Positions 1-10,460 of a stretch of 64,000 bases of DNA are shown here, piece by piece. Where the stretch lies: contig JAFNKG010000001.1 of NCBI GenBank assembly GCA_017883965.1, positions 14,893 through 78,892 on the forward strand. Reading direction: 5' to 3'. The position numbers and the translations under genes were made by a program. Under the pieces are notes generated by a model. It searched no databases, had not been told where the DNA came from, and worked only from the letters and a program-made list of their open reading frames with translations. Each line of letters opens with the position of its first letter. Position 1 is the stretch's first letter. This DNA comes from Candidatus Methanophagales archaeon. GTDB lineage: Archaea > Halobacteriota > Syntropharchaeia > Alkanophagales > Methanospirareceae.

Positions 1-206
1 TGGCAAGTATAGGTTCAGAAGAGATGGAAAAGGTAATAGATAAGGTAATAAAAGAGTATAAAAAGGGTGCTGTTGAGGATTACAAAGTGGGTAAAAAGGA
101 AGCGTTGAATTTCCTCGTCGGGCAGGTGATGAAGCATACGCGCGGGAGAGCGGAGCCAAAAGAAGTTCGTAGGTTGCTGGTGGGAAAAATAGAGAGTGAA
201 TTTTAG
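1..206 (+). CDS. gatB: Asp/Glu-tRNA amidotransferase subunit B, C-terminal end (5'-truncated by window edge)
   Basis: Frame is open to the window edge; [26 protein letters not shown] is the GatB/YqeY C-terminal signature. Confidence 0.85.
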   Translation, partial: ASIGSEEMEKVIDKVIKEYKKGAVEDYKVGKKEALNFLVGQVMKHTRGRAEPKEVRRLLVGKIESEF

Positions 207-210
207 TAGT

Positions 211-1215
211 TTATAAAACATTTACTCTCCTTAGCCCTTCATCATCCGCATACCGCTCTATCAACGGTCTTATCTCTTCGCTATACCACCCTTTCTTAAT
301 AAACTCTGGATAGATGGGCAACCTTTCCCTTAATTCAAAAGGTGCAACAATTCTTCTCAGTTCTTCCTCTCCTGGCCAGGGCGATTCGGGATTTATGTAA
401 TCCTGCGTTTTCTTTGATATTCCACCCAGGTCTGATGCGCCAAGTTCTATTAATGCCTTAGGCGAAGTCAAATTTGGTGGAACCTGTATCGCTATTTCTT
501 CTGGCAATATCTCTCTCGCCGCAAGCACAACTTCCTTCATCTCCTCGAAAACTGGCGGTTTTTTGTTCCACATCGGCGTTAACGGCTTAGGGAAGAAAGG
601 CTGGATAATAATTTCTTGTATGTGCCTGTATTTCTCGTGTAGCGATTTTATAGCAGCCAAAGAGCGGATGCGGTCTTCTTTCTCTTCTCCGATGCCCACT
701 AATATGCCAGTGGTAAAAGGAATTTTGAGTTTACCCGCCTCTTCTATCAGTTCCAATCGTTCCTTTGGGTCTTTCCCGGGTGATTTCTTATGCGCTTCGA
801 GCTCTGCGGTGGTTTCGAGCATCAAGCCCATTGATGCATTTACATCTCGTAACTCCTTTAACTCCTCCTTACTCAGCACACCCAGATTGCAGTGAGGAAG
901 TAATCCGTGCTTAATCGCCATTTTGCATAGCTCTTTCGTGTATTCAACGAGAGAGGAACATCCCAAACCAGTTTCGATAAGCCGGTTTTTGAAGAAAGGA
1001 GAAAGATTTGCGAGTTCTGGCTTCTCGCCAGTCGTGAAAAGAGCTTCTGTTGCAGTTCCCTTATTATTTACAAGATTTAAAAATTCTTTCACGCCTACTA
1101 CGTATGCATCCTCGTGGCTGCGAGCTCTAAACCCGCAGTAGTCGCAGGCATTCCTGCATACGTTCGTCACGGGGATGAAAATGTTTTTGGAGAAGGTGAT
1201 GTATTTATTTTTCAT
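211..1215 (-). CDS. cofG: FO synthase subunit CofG (F420 biosynthesis, radical SAM)
   Basis: ITFSKNIFIPVTNVCRNACDYCGF (CxxxCxxC), LPHCNLG, NASMGLMLE, PFTTGILVGIGE, QVPPNL, DYINPESPWP. Confidence 0.92.
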   Translation of the reverse strand: MKNKYITFSKNIFIPVTNVCRNACDYCGFRARSHEDAYVVGVKEFLNLVNNKGTATEALFTTGEKPELANLSPFFKNRLIETGLGCSSLVEYTKELCKMAIKHGLLPHCNLGVLSKEELKELRDVNASMGLMLETTAELEAHKKSPGKDPKERLELIEEAGKLKIPFTTGILVGIGEEKEDRIRSLAAIKSLHEKYRHIQEIIIQPFFPKPLTPMWNKKPPVFEEMKEVVLAAREILPEEIAIQVPPNLTSPKALIELGASDLGGISKKTQDYINPESPWPGEEELRRIVAPFELRERLPIYPEFIKKGWYSEEIRPLIERYADDEGLRRVNVL

Positions 1216-1348
1216 TTCCTTATTCTTGATATTAATTCAAGGAAAGATAATCCGCACTTTTGGGGTATGATATGTCCTTATAAAATGATAAGATAAAAAT
1301 CAACAAAGTATAAATAAAATCACAAATCAACCTAAAGTAGGCGAGAAG

Positions 1349-2206
1349 ATGAAAATAATAGGTGGAATGTCTGCACAGGTTTTGGCTGCGAGAATCGCGA
1401 AAGAGCTGGGCTGTAAAGCTTCATTATGTGAGTTCAAAAAGTTCCCCGATGGCGAATTATATACGAGAGTGGTGGACGATATAAAAGACGAAGAAGTAAC
1501 CATCGTGCAGAGCATTATAGCAGATTCCGATCTGGTATGCTTGCTGCAGTTGATAGATGCGGTGGAAGAAGCGAGTGAAACAAAAGTTGTCATCCCTTAT
1601 CTGGGGTATGCGAGACAGGATAAGAGGTTTAAACCCGGCGAGCCGATAAGTGCAAGGGCAATTGCAAGGAGCATAAGCTTTGCTGGCATCGTTGATAAGA
1701 TATACGTGGTTAACGTGCATAATAAAGCCGTAGTGGAGTATTTTGATGTAGATACAAAGGAGCTGGATGCTTCTTCTTTAATCGGTGATTGCATAGCGAA
1801 AAAGGAAATAACGCATCCGGTGATAATAGGACCTGACGAAGGTGCTAAGGAGTTAGCGAAAGCAGTTGCTGCTCCTCATGGCTTCGATTATGACGTGCTG
1901 GAGAAGAGGAGGATAAGCGGCGATGAAGTGCGTATAAACCCGAAAGAGGTAAGCGTGGAAGGAAAGAACATTGTCATCGTGGACGATATTATTTCCACTG
2001 GCGGCACAATAGCAGAAGCGGCTTCTATGCTAAAAGCACGGGGTGTGAACGAAATTTATGTCGCATGCATACATGGACTTTTTGTGCAAAATGCAGCCCT
2101 GCGGATACTCAATGCTGGCGTCGAAGAGATAATCGCAACAGATACGATAGAATCTGTTTTTAGTGCGATAAGTGCAGCGAAGATGGTTGCAGAAGAGCTG
2201 CGCTGA
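1349..2206 (+). CDS. prs: Ribose-phosphate pyrophosphokinase
   Basis: FPDGE, PYLGYARQDKRF, PRPP-binding IVDDIISTGGT. Confidence 0.95.
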   Translation: MKIIGGMSAQVLAARIAKELGCKASLCEFKKFPDGELYTRVVDDIKDEEVTIVQSIIADSDLVCLLQLIDAVEEASETKVVIPYLGYARQDKRFKPGEPISARAIARSISFAGIVDKIYVVNVHNKAVVEYFDVDTKELDASSLIGDCIAKKEITHPVIIGPDEGAKELAKAVAAPHGFDYDVLEKRRISGDEVRINPKEVSVEGKNIVIVDDIISTGGTIAEAASMLKARGVNEIYVACIHGLFVQNAALRILNAGVEEIIATDTIESVFSAISAAKMVAEELR

Positions 2207-2216
2207 AAAGGTGAAA

Positions 2217-3692
2217 TTATCCCTCGCCGAAGAATCGCCTCATCGCTGGATACATCTCCATCATCTGCTCTGATGCCACGTCCTCATAAAGCCGGTAAGC
2301 AATGCTAACTGCCAGAAGTAAACCAGTGCCTGATGCACCTCCAAGTGTGCCCAGCATATCAGAAAATACGCACAAAACACCCAAAATAGCACCCCCCATT
2401 AGCGCTATTTTCGGTATATATCCCTCCATCATACTCTCTATCGTTGCCGGGCTCCTGCGATGCCCCGGTATTTGTAGCCCTGAGCGATGTATCTGCGATG
2501 CTACATCCTTCGCTCCCATTCCGGTCGTATTTATCCAGAATAGAGCGAATACCGCCCCACCTATGACCATAAAAGAAAGGTCAACAGCCAATCTCGTGGC
2601 AACTTGCCAACCCGCATAAGGTATTGTCATAAGCCCCGGGAACCAATCCCAGGGACCATACATGGGGTCGAGATAATACACCAAGCCTGATGCCGCAGTT
2701 CCGTATTCATCATACGTTCCGAATATAGTAATTCCACGGGAATGAAGCATTCGTCCAAAGCCCTGTATGCTCGCCTGCATCGCTCTCACGAGAATCATCG
2801 GAAGCACACTTGCGTATAACAGCTTAATTGGGAACCTGCCACGAGCACCTCTTGCCATCGAATGCGCTAACGGTATCTCTAAACGAGTGCTTTCGAGGTA
2901 AACAACGAGGAAAAAAACTCCGATAGTTGTTATAAGTGCGATTATGTGATGCTGGAAAAGAAAAACCATTCCTCCTTCCAATATCTCGTATGCGGGTACT
3001 TGCAACGGCGAACCCGGCAATAGTAACTGAATCCATCTGGGTATTACACCCACTGCCAATCCGAACTCGTCTGGCATCCAACCTATAAGCCCGGTAATTA
3101 ATTGTTTAGAGACACCCGCGATGATGAACAACGAAACGCCTGACCCTATTCCCCATTTTGATACCACCTCATCCATGAAGTATATAAGCATCCCGCCGAT
3201 GAAGATTTGAATGAAGAGCAGGAACGAGATGACCTGCAAAGATACACCGAGTTTATCTGCTATTCCCTGGTCAGGCACATAAAAGCCCACAACGTATGTC
3301 AAACTGATAAAAACCGAAAAGACCAAAACGAGCAGTTTCTGTAGGTTCTGATAAAACGCCTGGTCGCGGGGGTCGCTCAAGTTCAATTTTATTATTCCCG
3401 CGCCAACCAGAAGCTGTAAGACAATGGAAGCATCAACAATTGGCATGATTCCGAGAGCAGTTAATGTATATGTTTCACCCGCAAAAATTGCACGCCATCT
3501 ACCGAAAATATCTATTGATTGCTCAACATCCATCCCAAAGAGATAAACATTGCCAAGTGCGAAAAAGAGAACGAGTATGGCAATAGTCCAGCCTAACTTC
3601 GCTTTAAAATGAACGTGCCACCCAGGGCGTTCAACCATGGGGAATTTACTTAAAATCGGTGTTAATGCATCTCTTAATCTTATCTCGTTCAT
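2217..3692 (-). CDS. secY: Preprotein translocase SecY (archaeal)
   Basis: Multiple TM segments; LGIMPIVDASIVLQLL, KWGIGSGVSLFI, FPIKLLYASVLPMIL, GTGLLLAVSI. Confidence 0.96.
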   Translation of the reverse strand: MNEIRLRDALTPILSKFPMVERPGWHVHFKAKLGWTIAILVLFFALGNVYLFGMDVEQSIDIFGRWRAIFAGETYTLTALGIMPIVDASIVLQLLVGAGIIKLNLSDPRDQAFYQNLQKLLVLVFSVFISLTYVVGFYVPDQGIADKLGVSLQVISFLLFIQIFIGGMLIYFMDEVVSKWGIGSGVSLFIIAGVSKQLITGLIGWMPDEFGLAVGVIPRWIQLLLPGSPLQVPAYEILEGGMVFLFQHHIIALITTIGVFFLVVYLESTRLEIPLAHSMARGARGRFPIKLLYASVLPMILVRAMQASIQGFGRMLHSRGITIFGTYDEYGTAASGLVYYLDPMYGPWDWFPGLMTIPYAGWQVATRLAVDLSFMVIGGAVFALFWINTTGMGAKDVASQIHRSGLQIPGHRRSPATIESMMEGYIPKIALMGGAILGVLCVFSDMLGTLGGASGTGLLLAVSIAYRLYEDVASEQMMEMYPAMRRFFGEG

Positions 3693-4118
3693 CTATGCAA
3701 TACTCACCACACCACCTGCACTTTCTATTTTCTCCCTCGCTGTTTTTGATACTTTGTTCGCTTTGAGCATCAGCGTCTTCGTTACTTTTCCCTTGCCCAA
3801 TATTTTTTGTATGCCGAGCTCGGTTGCATCGAGAAAAATGCCATCCGCTTTCTCTTCCGCTTTTCCTTCTTCTATCAGCTCTTTCAGCATCTCCTCCAGT
3901 TCACCTACATTCACCGCCGTATCGGCACTGCGATTTTGGAGAGGTAATTGTGATTTGTTTTTTCCCTTTCTTATACCCTTTTTCAAAGACCGGACGATGT
4001 GATGTGTGTATGCGCCTGCGTTACCGACACCACCTCTGCTTCCTTTTCCTCTTCTCTTCTTACTTGAGCCGCCACCGCAGGTTCTTGTCCCTCTTATCCT
4101 TTTTATCCTCTTTTTCAT
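3693..4118 (-). CDS. rpl15: 50S ribosomal protein uL15
   Basis: RGTRTCGGG..KKRRGKGSRGGVGNAG, KILGKG, AREKIESAGG; directly upstream of secY. Confidence 0.93.
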   Translation of the reverse strand: MKKRIKRIRGTRTCGGGSSKKRRGKGSRGGVGNAGAYTHHIVRSLKKGIRKGKNKSQLPLQNRSADTAVNVGELEEMLKELIEEGKAEEKADGIFLDATELGIQKILGKGKVTKTLMLKANKVSKTAREKIESAGGVVSIA

Positions 4119-4238
4119 AAATGTATGCAGACCCCCATCTTATCTTACCAGCAGTTTATAAACTATGTTTATATATACTTTACTTTTTATACCACAACAA
4201 TAGAATAGTATAGTTTACTTCATATTTAAAATGGAGGA

Positions 4239-4799
4239 TTGAAAGGGATGACAGAAATAGACATAAAAATAGAAAATGTAGTAGCGAATGCTAGGATTGC
4301 GAATAACCTGGACCTGGAATACATCGAATCGAGGTTAGAGGAAGCGATGTTTACGAAAAAGAAGTTCCCTGGTCTGGTGTACAGGACAAGAGAGCCAAGG
4401 TCCGCTTTTCTTATCTTTCGTTCCGGTAAAGTGGTGTGCACAGGGTCGAAGACTGAAAAGGGTGTGCGAGAGGTGATAGACAAGCTTGCTGCCGACCTCA
4501 GAGGCATAGGTATAGAAGTGGAGGAGCATCCAGACTTTAAAGTGCAAAATATCGTTGCTTCTGCCAATCTTGGAAGAGAACTCAACCTCGGGGCTATCGT
4601 GGTGGGGTTAGAGCTCGAAGGCATGGAGTACGAGCCAGAGGTTTTTCCGGGGTTGGTGTATAGAATAGACGAACCAAGGAGTGCTATACTGATATTCAGC
4701 TCTGGACGGTTGGTCATAACCGGGGGAAAGACACTGGAGGATTGTGAAAAGTCCGTGCAGGTATTGCTGGACAAATTAAGGAACTTAGAGTTGATTTAG
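4239..4799 (+). CDS. tbp: TATA-box binding protein
   Basis: Two TBP repeats: IENVVA..FPGLVYR..LIFRSGKVVCTG and VQNIVAS..YEPEVFPGLVYR..LIFSSGRLVITG. Confidence 0.97.
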   Translation: MKGMTEIDIKIENVVANARIANNLDLEYIESRLEEAMFTKKKFPGLVYRTREPRSAFLIFRSGKVVCTGSKTEKGVREVIDKLAADLRGIGIEVEEHPDFKVQNIVASANLGRELNLGAIVVGLELEGMEYEPEVFPGLVYRIDEPRSAILIFSSGRLVITGGKTLEDCEKSVQVLLDKLRNLELI

Positions 4800-4808
4800 A
4801 AGTTTAAA

Positions 4809-5225
4809 ATGGAGCCGAAAATAGTGGCGTTTTGCTGTAATTGGTGCTCTTACGCAGGCGCAGACCTTGCGGGTGTATCTCGCTATCAATATCCCGCGGC
4901 TGTGCGAATATTAAGGGTAATGTGTTCCGGAAGAGTAGAACCCGTTTTCATATTCGATGCGTTTAAAAATGGCGCTGACGGCGTCATCGTCACTGGTTGC
5001 CACCCGGGTGAATGCCATTACGTCTCTGGTAACCTGAATGCGGAGAAGAGGGTGGAAAATACGAGGAAAGCGTTGGAGTATTTAGGACTTGGAGCAGAAC
5101 GGCTTCGTCTGAAATGGATATCCGCATCAGAGGGGTTGAAGTTTGCAGAGGTGATGCGAGAGTTTACAGAGGAAATAAAGGCGTTGGGACCTTCCCCGAT
5201 AAAGTCTCGTATGAGTGTGAAATAA
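4809..5225 (+). CDS. mvhD: MvhD [2Fe-2S] subunit
   Basis: FCCNWCSYAGADLAG, RVMCSGRV, GCHPGECHYVSGN, WISASEG. Confidence 0.95.
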   Translation: MEPKIVAFCCNWCSYAGADLAGVSRYQYPAAVRILRVMCSGRVEPVFIFDAFKNGADGVIVTGCHPGECHYVSGNLNAEKRVENTRKALEYLGLGAERLRLKWISASEGLKFAEVMREFTEEIKALGPSPIKSRMSVK

Positions 5226-5257
5226 TAAACCTTCTTTTTACAAAGCAAAAATATAAA

Positions 5258-7246
5258 ATGGAGAAAAAGGAGAAGGTGAACGAAGGTGAAGAAAGGATAG
5301 GGGTGTTTGTATGCCGATGCGGCGTGAACATAGGTGGAGTTGTAGATTGTGATGAGGTAGCGAGATATGCAGCGACGCTACCCGGAGTGGTTTGCGTATC
5401 CGTGAACAAGTTCACGTGTTCTGATTCGGGACAGGCGGACATACAGGAGCATATTCGTAAATATAATTTGAATCGAGTGGTAGTTGCGGCATGCACACCA
5501 AAGACACACGAGCCTACTTTTAGAGTATGTTGTGAGGAAGCAGGGGTGAATCAGTATCTTTTTGAGTTCGTTAACATCCGCGACCAGTGTAGCTGGATGC
5601 ATATATGGGACCATGAGGGCGCAACGAAGAAGGCGAAGGATTTAGTTCGGATGGGTGTTTATCGTGCTAAGCTGTTAGAGCCACTGGAGGAATCAGAAGT
5701 TGCAGTGGACCAGAATGCAGTGGTTATAGGCGCTGGAGTTGCGGGGATGCAAGCGGCAATGGACCTCGGGGACATGGGGTTCCATGTCTATTTAGTGGAG
5801 AAGGAGCCTTCGATTGGAGGAAGGATGGCTCGTTTTGACAAGGTATTTCCAACGAATGACTGCTCTATCTGCATCTTAGGACCGAAGATGGTGGAAGTAG
5901 CACGTAACGAGAACATCGAGATAATGTCGTATTCAGAGGTAGTGGAGGTGAAAGGGTTCGTGGGTAATTTTGAAGCCACGATAGAGCACAAGCCCAGATA
6001 TATAGATGTGGATAAATGCACGGGGTGTGCGCAGTGTGTGGAGAAATGTCCGGTAGAAGTGCCATACGACTTCAACGAAGGTTTTGGGACTCGAAGAGCG
6101 GCATACGTACCTTTTCCTCAGGCTGTTCCGCTCCGCGGGGTAATAGATCTGGAAAATTGTTTGAGAAGCGAAGGTAAGGAGTGCAAAGCCTGTATAAAAG
6201 CATGTGAGCGCGATGCGATTGATTTCTCGCAGGAGAAAAAATATAGTAAGGTGAAGGCGGGTGTGATAATAGTAGCGCCGGGGTTCGTAACGTATGACCC
6301 TGAGCCAGGAAACGATTATGGATATGGGATGGATGACAACGTAATAACGACGATGGAATTTGAGCGGCTTTTGAATGCCGCTGGTCCAACAGAAGGGCAT
6401 GTTATAAGACCATCAGATTGTAAGGAGCCCATGCGGCTGGGGTTCATCAATTGTGTTGGTTCTCGTGACGTTAAAACGAACGTTCATTGCTCTGGTGGTG
6501 TCTGCTGTATGTTTAACATGAAGAATGCGATTCTATTGAAGGAGAAGCGACCGGAGATTTCGTGCTATCTATTTTATATGGATATAAGAGCACCGTTCAG
6601 AGGTTATGAGGAGTTTTACAACCGAGCAAGGGAGCTTGGCATAAGATTCGTCCGGGGAAGACCTTCGGAGGTAATAGAGAAGGAGAACGGGAATTTGGTG
6701 ATAAGAGCAGAGGACACATTGAAAGGCGTAGTAAGGAATATAGAAGTGGATTTAGTGGTTCTTGGCACGGGTATTGTGCCGCATTCGGATATAGAAAAAT
6801 TATCGAAGATGTTGAAGATACCACGCGCTGCGGATGGGCTGCTTATGGAAGCACATCCTAAATTGGGGCCTGTGGATACGGTATTAGGGGGCGTATTCGT
6901 TGCCGGTGGTGCATCAGGTCCGAAGGACATACCGCTTTCTGTTGCGCAGGGCAGTGGTGCGGCAGCAAGAGCCGCGAGATTGCTCGTTACTGGAAAAGCG
7001 AAAATAGAAGGAATAACCGCAGCTTCGGATACGGAACGATGCATAGGATGTTCATTATGCGTGGATGTTTGCCCTTATGCTGCATTGACATTGGATGAGA
7101 AAGAGAACAGGGTGATGGTTGTTGAGGCGATCTGCAAAGGTTGTGGCACCTGTGCGGCATCATGTCCCGTGGGTGCGATGGAGCAGAGGCATTTTAAAAC
7201 CGAGCAGGTAGAAGCGCAAGTGAAGAACTTGTTTGCGCTTACGTAA
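5258..7246 (+). CDS. hdrA: Heterodisulfide reductase subunit A (full length)
   Basis: IGVFVCRCGVNI, AACTPKTHE, NIRDQCSW, IGAGVAG FAD motif, DKVFPTNDCSICIL, inserted and C-terminal ferredoxin motifs; start moved from 5114 (overlaps mvhD) to ATG 5258. Confidence 0.95.
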   Translation: MEKKEKVNEGEERIGVFVCRCGVNIGGVVDCDEVARYAATLPGVVCVSVNKFTCSDSGQADIQEHIRKYNLNRVVVAACTPKTHEPTFRVCCEEAGVNQYLFEFVNIRDQCSWMHIWDHEGATKKAKDLVRMGVYRAKLLEPLEESEVAVDQNAVVIGAGVAGMQAAMDLGDMGFHVYLVEKEPSIGGRMARFDKVFPTNDCSICILGPKMVEVARNENIEIMSYSEVVEVKGFVGNFEATIEHKPRYIDVDKCTGCAQCVEKCPVEVPYDFNEGFGTRRAAYVPFPQAVPLRGVIDLENCLRSEGKECKACIKACERDAIDFSQEKKYSKVKAGVIIVAPGFVTYDPEPGNDYGYGMDDNVITTMEFERLLNAAGPTEGHVIRPSDCKEPMRLGFINCVGSRDVKTNVHCSGGVCCMFNMKNAILLKEKRPEISCYLFYMDIRAPFRGYEEFYNRARELGIRFVRGRPSEVIEKENGNLVIRAEDTLKGVVRNIEVDLVVLGTGIVPHSDIEKLSKMLKIPRAADGLLMEAHPKLGPVDTVLGGVFVAGGASGPKDIPLSVAQGSGAAARAARLLVTGKAKIEGITAASDTERCIGCSLCVDVCPYAALTLDEKENRVMVVEAICKGCGTCAASCPVGAMEQRHFKTEQVEAQVKNLFALT

Positions 7247-7273
7247 AGGAAGATCGAACTATTTATTGTTTAA

Positions 7274-7558
7274 ATGAAGATTGAAGGAATAATATGGCTC
7301 AGAGACGTTGTGGACAAGCTTGCTCTTAAACATCATGTTGAAACTCATGAGGTTGAGGAAGTGCTCAGTGGCAAACCTAAATTTCGCTTTGTTGAGAAAG
7401 GGGAACGAGAAGGTGAAGGTGTATACTTAGCTTTGGGACAAACTAGCGCAGGGCGATATTTGTCTGTACTTTTTATTTATAAAAGGACAAAAGAAGTATT
7501 AATATTAAGTGCCAGAGACATGGCAAGAAAAGAGAGGAGGCAATATGACAAAAAGTAA
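7274..7558 (+). CDS. BrnT-family toxin
   Basis: IIWLRDVVDKLALKHHVETHEVEEV..ALGQTSAGRYLSVLF..ILSARDMARKERRQY. Confidence 0.8.
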   Translation: MKIEGIIWLRDVVDKLALKHHVETHEVEEVLSGKPKFRFVEKGEREGEGVYLALGQTSAGRYLSVLFIYKRTKEVLILSARDMARKERRQYDKK

Positions 7559-7808
7559 ATCTAAAAACCTGCCACGTTTTGGGTCTCTTGATGAACTTGT
7601 AAACTTCTTTGATACCCATGACCTAGGTGAATACTGGAGTGAGATGCCCGATGCCCACTTCGAAGTGGATATCAAGAGAAAGACACATCTCTTTGCTATT
7701 GACACTGAACTTGCTAATAAATTGACAGAAATTGCCAAAAACAGAGAAATCTCTTCTGAAGCACTTATCAATACTTGGTTGAAAGAGAAAATTCAGGAAC
7801 AGATGTAG
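7545..7808 (+). CDS. BrnA/CopG-like antitoxin
   Basis: LPRFGSLDELVNFFDTHDLGEYW plus C-terminal RHH-like segment; overlaps toxin end; GAGGAGG precedes ATG 7545. Confidence 0.78.
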   Translation: MTKSKSKNLPRFGSLDELVNFFDTHDLGEYWSEMPDAHFEVDIKRKTHLFAIDTELANKLTEIAKNREISSEALINTWLKEKIQEQM

Positions 7809-7945
7809 AGGGTAGAGGCAAAGTGGCAGAATTTTTAGCAAGGTTGGCAAAGGTAAACCCTGATAAGGATACTGGATGGATAATTAAAAATTTTTAATTG
7901 ATGGAAGAAGTAAAAGATTAGAAGAGGAGTTGAGTATATGATGAG

Positions 7946-10357
7946 ATGCTATTAAAGACGCTAACACTGCGGAATTACCGAAAATATAAGAATGCGTATG
8001 TTGAATTCCCGGATGGTGTTATAGGCATTACAGGATTGAATGGAGTGGGAAAAACGACTTTGATAGAGGCAATAGGCTGGGTCTTGTTCGGACATCACGC
8101 CGCAAGGACAACAAAAGAACTTATAAAAAGGGAAGGTGCATCGTCGAATGAGTCTTGCAGTGTTGCTCTGGAATTCGAGCTGGAAGGCGATGGGTATAAA
8201 GTAGTAAGAGAAATGGCAGGTAAGAATTTAGTGCCAAAAGCAAGTCTCGTTATCAATGGAAAACACATAACCAACAATGCTGACGAGGTTACGGGAGTCA
8301 TAGAGGACAGAATAAGCATGGATTATCAGTCTTTTTTCACTTCGGTTTTCGCAAGGCAGAAGGAGTTGAATGCGCTGTCAACAATGAAAGCAGCGGAGAG
8401 GAAAAAGCTCGTGCTTCGAATGCTCGGCATAGAAAGGATAGAAAAGAGTATACAGACGATAAGGGAGGAAAAGAGGGGGAAAGAGAAGAAGATAGAGGGT
8501 ATAAAAGCGGCAACCGTGGATAAAGAAGGCAGAAAGAAGATAGAAGTGCTTAAAAGCAAGAATGAAGAACAGGAGAAGACGAAAGATGCGCTTTTACCGA
8601 TTATAAAAGAAATAGATGATTCTAAAGTGGTGAAAGAGAAAGAGGCAGCGGAAGCGAAAGAAGAATTGGAAGCCGCTACGAGGAAATATGAGATATACGT
8701 GGAGCTGAGTAATACTATGGGCGAGAGAAGAAGCGACCTGGAGAATACGAGGAAGAGGCGGGAAGAGAAAGAAAAAGAGCTTCAGGATTTGCTCGTAAAG
8801 AATAAGCGGCTTGAAGGAATTGCAGAGAAAGAAACAGAATATTTCCGGTTTAGAGAGCAGAAGGATGCGATGGATGCGCTGCGGGAAAATTATCAGCGAA
8901 AGCAGGAGTTATTGAAGCGGGAAGAGAAGACCAGGGTGGAGTTAAATAAACGTGAAGAGAAAATAAGGGGGTTGAATGCGAGACGGGTAGAATTTGAGGG
9001 CATAGAGGATAAGGTGGAAGAGGTGAAGAAGGGGATTGAAGGGATAAGGAAACAAAAGGAGAGCATACATTCTTCGCTCGGCGCTTTTAAATCACTCGTA
9101 TTACAGAATAAAAAGGATATAGAAGAGAGTAAAGAGAAGAAGAAGAAAATAGAGGATTTGGGTCCTGATGGTGAATGTCCGATGTGCGAGAGGAAATTGG
9201 AAACGCACTACGAAACGTTGATAAAGAAGCTGAGTGAGGAGATAAAAAATAGAAAGGAGAAACTTCGTTCGATTTTTAATGAATACAAAAGTAAAAAGGA
9301 GGAACTTGCTTCTAAGGAAAAGGAGGGGGATTTGCTTATAAAGGAGGATAAGGAGCTGGAGAAACGTGTAACGGAGAAGCACGCACTGGATATAAGAATT
9401 GTGGATGAAGCACGTGAATTAGAGCGATGGAACAAGGAATTGGAGGTTATAAAAACAGATTTGACGCCTGTTATGGATGTGGAGTTTGATGAAAACGCCT
9501 ATAAGGACGTTATTTCTGCACTAAAAGGTCTTGAAGTGGTGTATAAGGAGATAATCGGGTTAAGAGCAGAGATAGGAAGGACTGAAGAAGTGAAGAATAA
9601 CGTGCGGACGTTGAGCGAATTGGAAAGCAAGGTTGTGGAGGATATAACGGCGTTGCAAAGACAAATAGAAGATTTAGCGTTTGATAAAATGGCGTATGTG
9701 GAGATGAAGGCGAGATACGAACGTAAGAAGGAGGAATTGAACGAAGTGAAGCTGAGGCTTCTGGAGAAGAGAAACGAGTTCGAGAACATGTGCAAGGACA
9801 TAGAGCGAGTATTGGAGGAGATAGAGGAGCAGAAGAGGTTAATGGAGGAGAAAGAGAAAGAAGAGACGGAGATAATGTATCTCAGCTTGCTTGAAAAGAT
9901 AATGAACGACTTCAAGGTGTACATGGTGGGTATGATTCGCCCGCTGCTTTCTGATTACGCATCTGATATGCTGAGAAGGTTAACGGATGGTAAATACAGC
10001 AAGCTGGAGCTGGATGAGAACTACGATGTGTTTATTTATGATGAAGGAACGCCATATGAGATAAACAGGTTCTCAGGTGGAGAGGAGGACTTAGCGAATC
10101 TTTGTCTAAGATTAGCGATTTCCGCTGTCGTCTCTGAAAGAAGTGCTATTCAAACTAATTTCATTATTCTCGATGAGATTTTCGGTTCGCAGGACGCATT
10201 TCGGAAAAGGAATATTATTCTGGCGTTGAACGAGCTCTCAAAGAAGTTTCGGCAGATATTTCTGATTACGCATATAGAGGACGTGAAGGATTATATGGAA
10301 TACGTGTTGAGGGTGACGGAAGATGAGGAGGGCGTGAGCTGGGTGAAGATAGGGTAA
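7946..10357 (+). CDS. rad50: Rad50/SbcC-type SMC ATPase
   Basis: Walker A GLNGVGKTT, long coiled coils, zinc hook CPMC, FSGGE signature, Walker B IILDE, LITH. Confidence 0.88.
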   Translation: MLLKTLTLRNYRKYKNAYVEFPDGVIGITGLNGVGKTTLIEAIGWVLFGHHAARTTKELIKREGASSNESCSVALEFELEGDGYKVVREMAGKNLVPKASLVINGKHITNNADEVTGVIEDRISMDYQSFFTSVFARQKELNALSTMKAAERKKLVLRMLGIERIEKSIQTIREEKRGKEKKIEGIKAATVDKEGRKKIEVLKSKNEEQEKTKDALLPIIKEIDDSKVVKEKEAAEAKEELEAATRKYEIYVELSNTMGERRSDLENTRKRREEKEKELQDLLVKNKRLEGIAEKETEYFRFREQKDAMDALRENYQRKQELLKREEKTRVELNKREEKIRGLNARRVEFEGIEDKVEEVKKGIEGIRKQKESIHSSLGAFKSLVLQNKKDIEESKEKKKKIEDLGPDGECPMCERKLETHYETLIKKLSEEIKNRKEKLRSIFNEYKSKKEELASKEKEGDLLIKEDKELEKRVTEKHALDIRIVDEARELERWNKELEVIKTDLTPVMDVEFDENAYKDVISALKGLEVVYKEIIGLRAEIGRTEEVKNNVRTLSELESKVVEDITALQRQIEDLAFDKMAYVEMKARYERKKEELNEVKLRLLEKRNEFENMCKDIERVLEEIEEQKRLMEEKEKEETEIMYLSLLEKIMNDFKVYMVGMIRPLLSDYASDMLRRLTDGKYSKLELDENYDVFIYDEGTPYEINRFSGGEEDLANLCLRLAISAVVSERSAIQTNFIILDEIFGSQDAFRKRNIILALNELSKKFRQIFLITHIEDVKDYMEYVLRVTEDEEGVSWVKIG

Positions 10358-10379
10358 TTGCTCAATATCTTGTGGACGG

Positions 10380-10446
10380 AAATCCTAAGCACTAAATCCA
10401 AATAAGCCCTTTCAGGGCTTGCGTGGACATGGGCGGAGCCCACGAC
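10380..10446. repeat. AAATCC(T/A)AA motif followed by two short GC-rich hairpins (REP-like)
   Basis: aaatcctaagcactaaatccaaa; AAGCCCT-TTC-AGGGCTT; tGGGC-GGA-GCCCa. Confidence 0.55.
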
Positions 10447-10460
10447 TAAATAAATCGTAC

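Noticed and set aside
5114-5257. N-terminal extension of hdrA
   Set aside because: Overlaps mvhD in another frame and has no HdrA similarity.
4809-7246. Selenocysteine or pyrrolysine recoding in mvhD/hdrA genes
   Set aside because: Frames are uninterrupted and the relevant motifs have Cys; the same holds for 38996-43606.
7810-7856. GGCAAAGT-like short repeat after the first toxin-antitoxin pair
   Set aside because: Three or four very degenerate units and no inverted partner arm; may be a remnant but cannot be supported.
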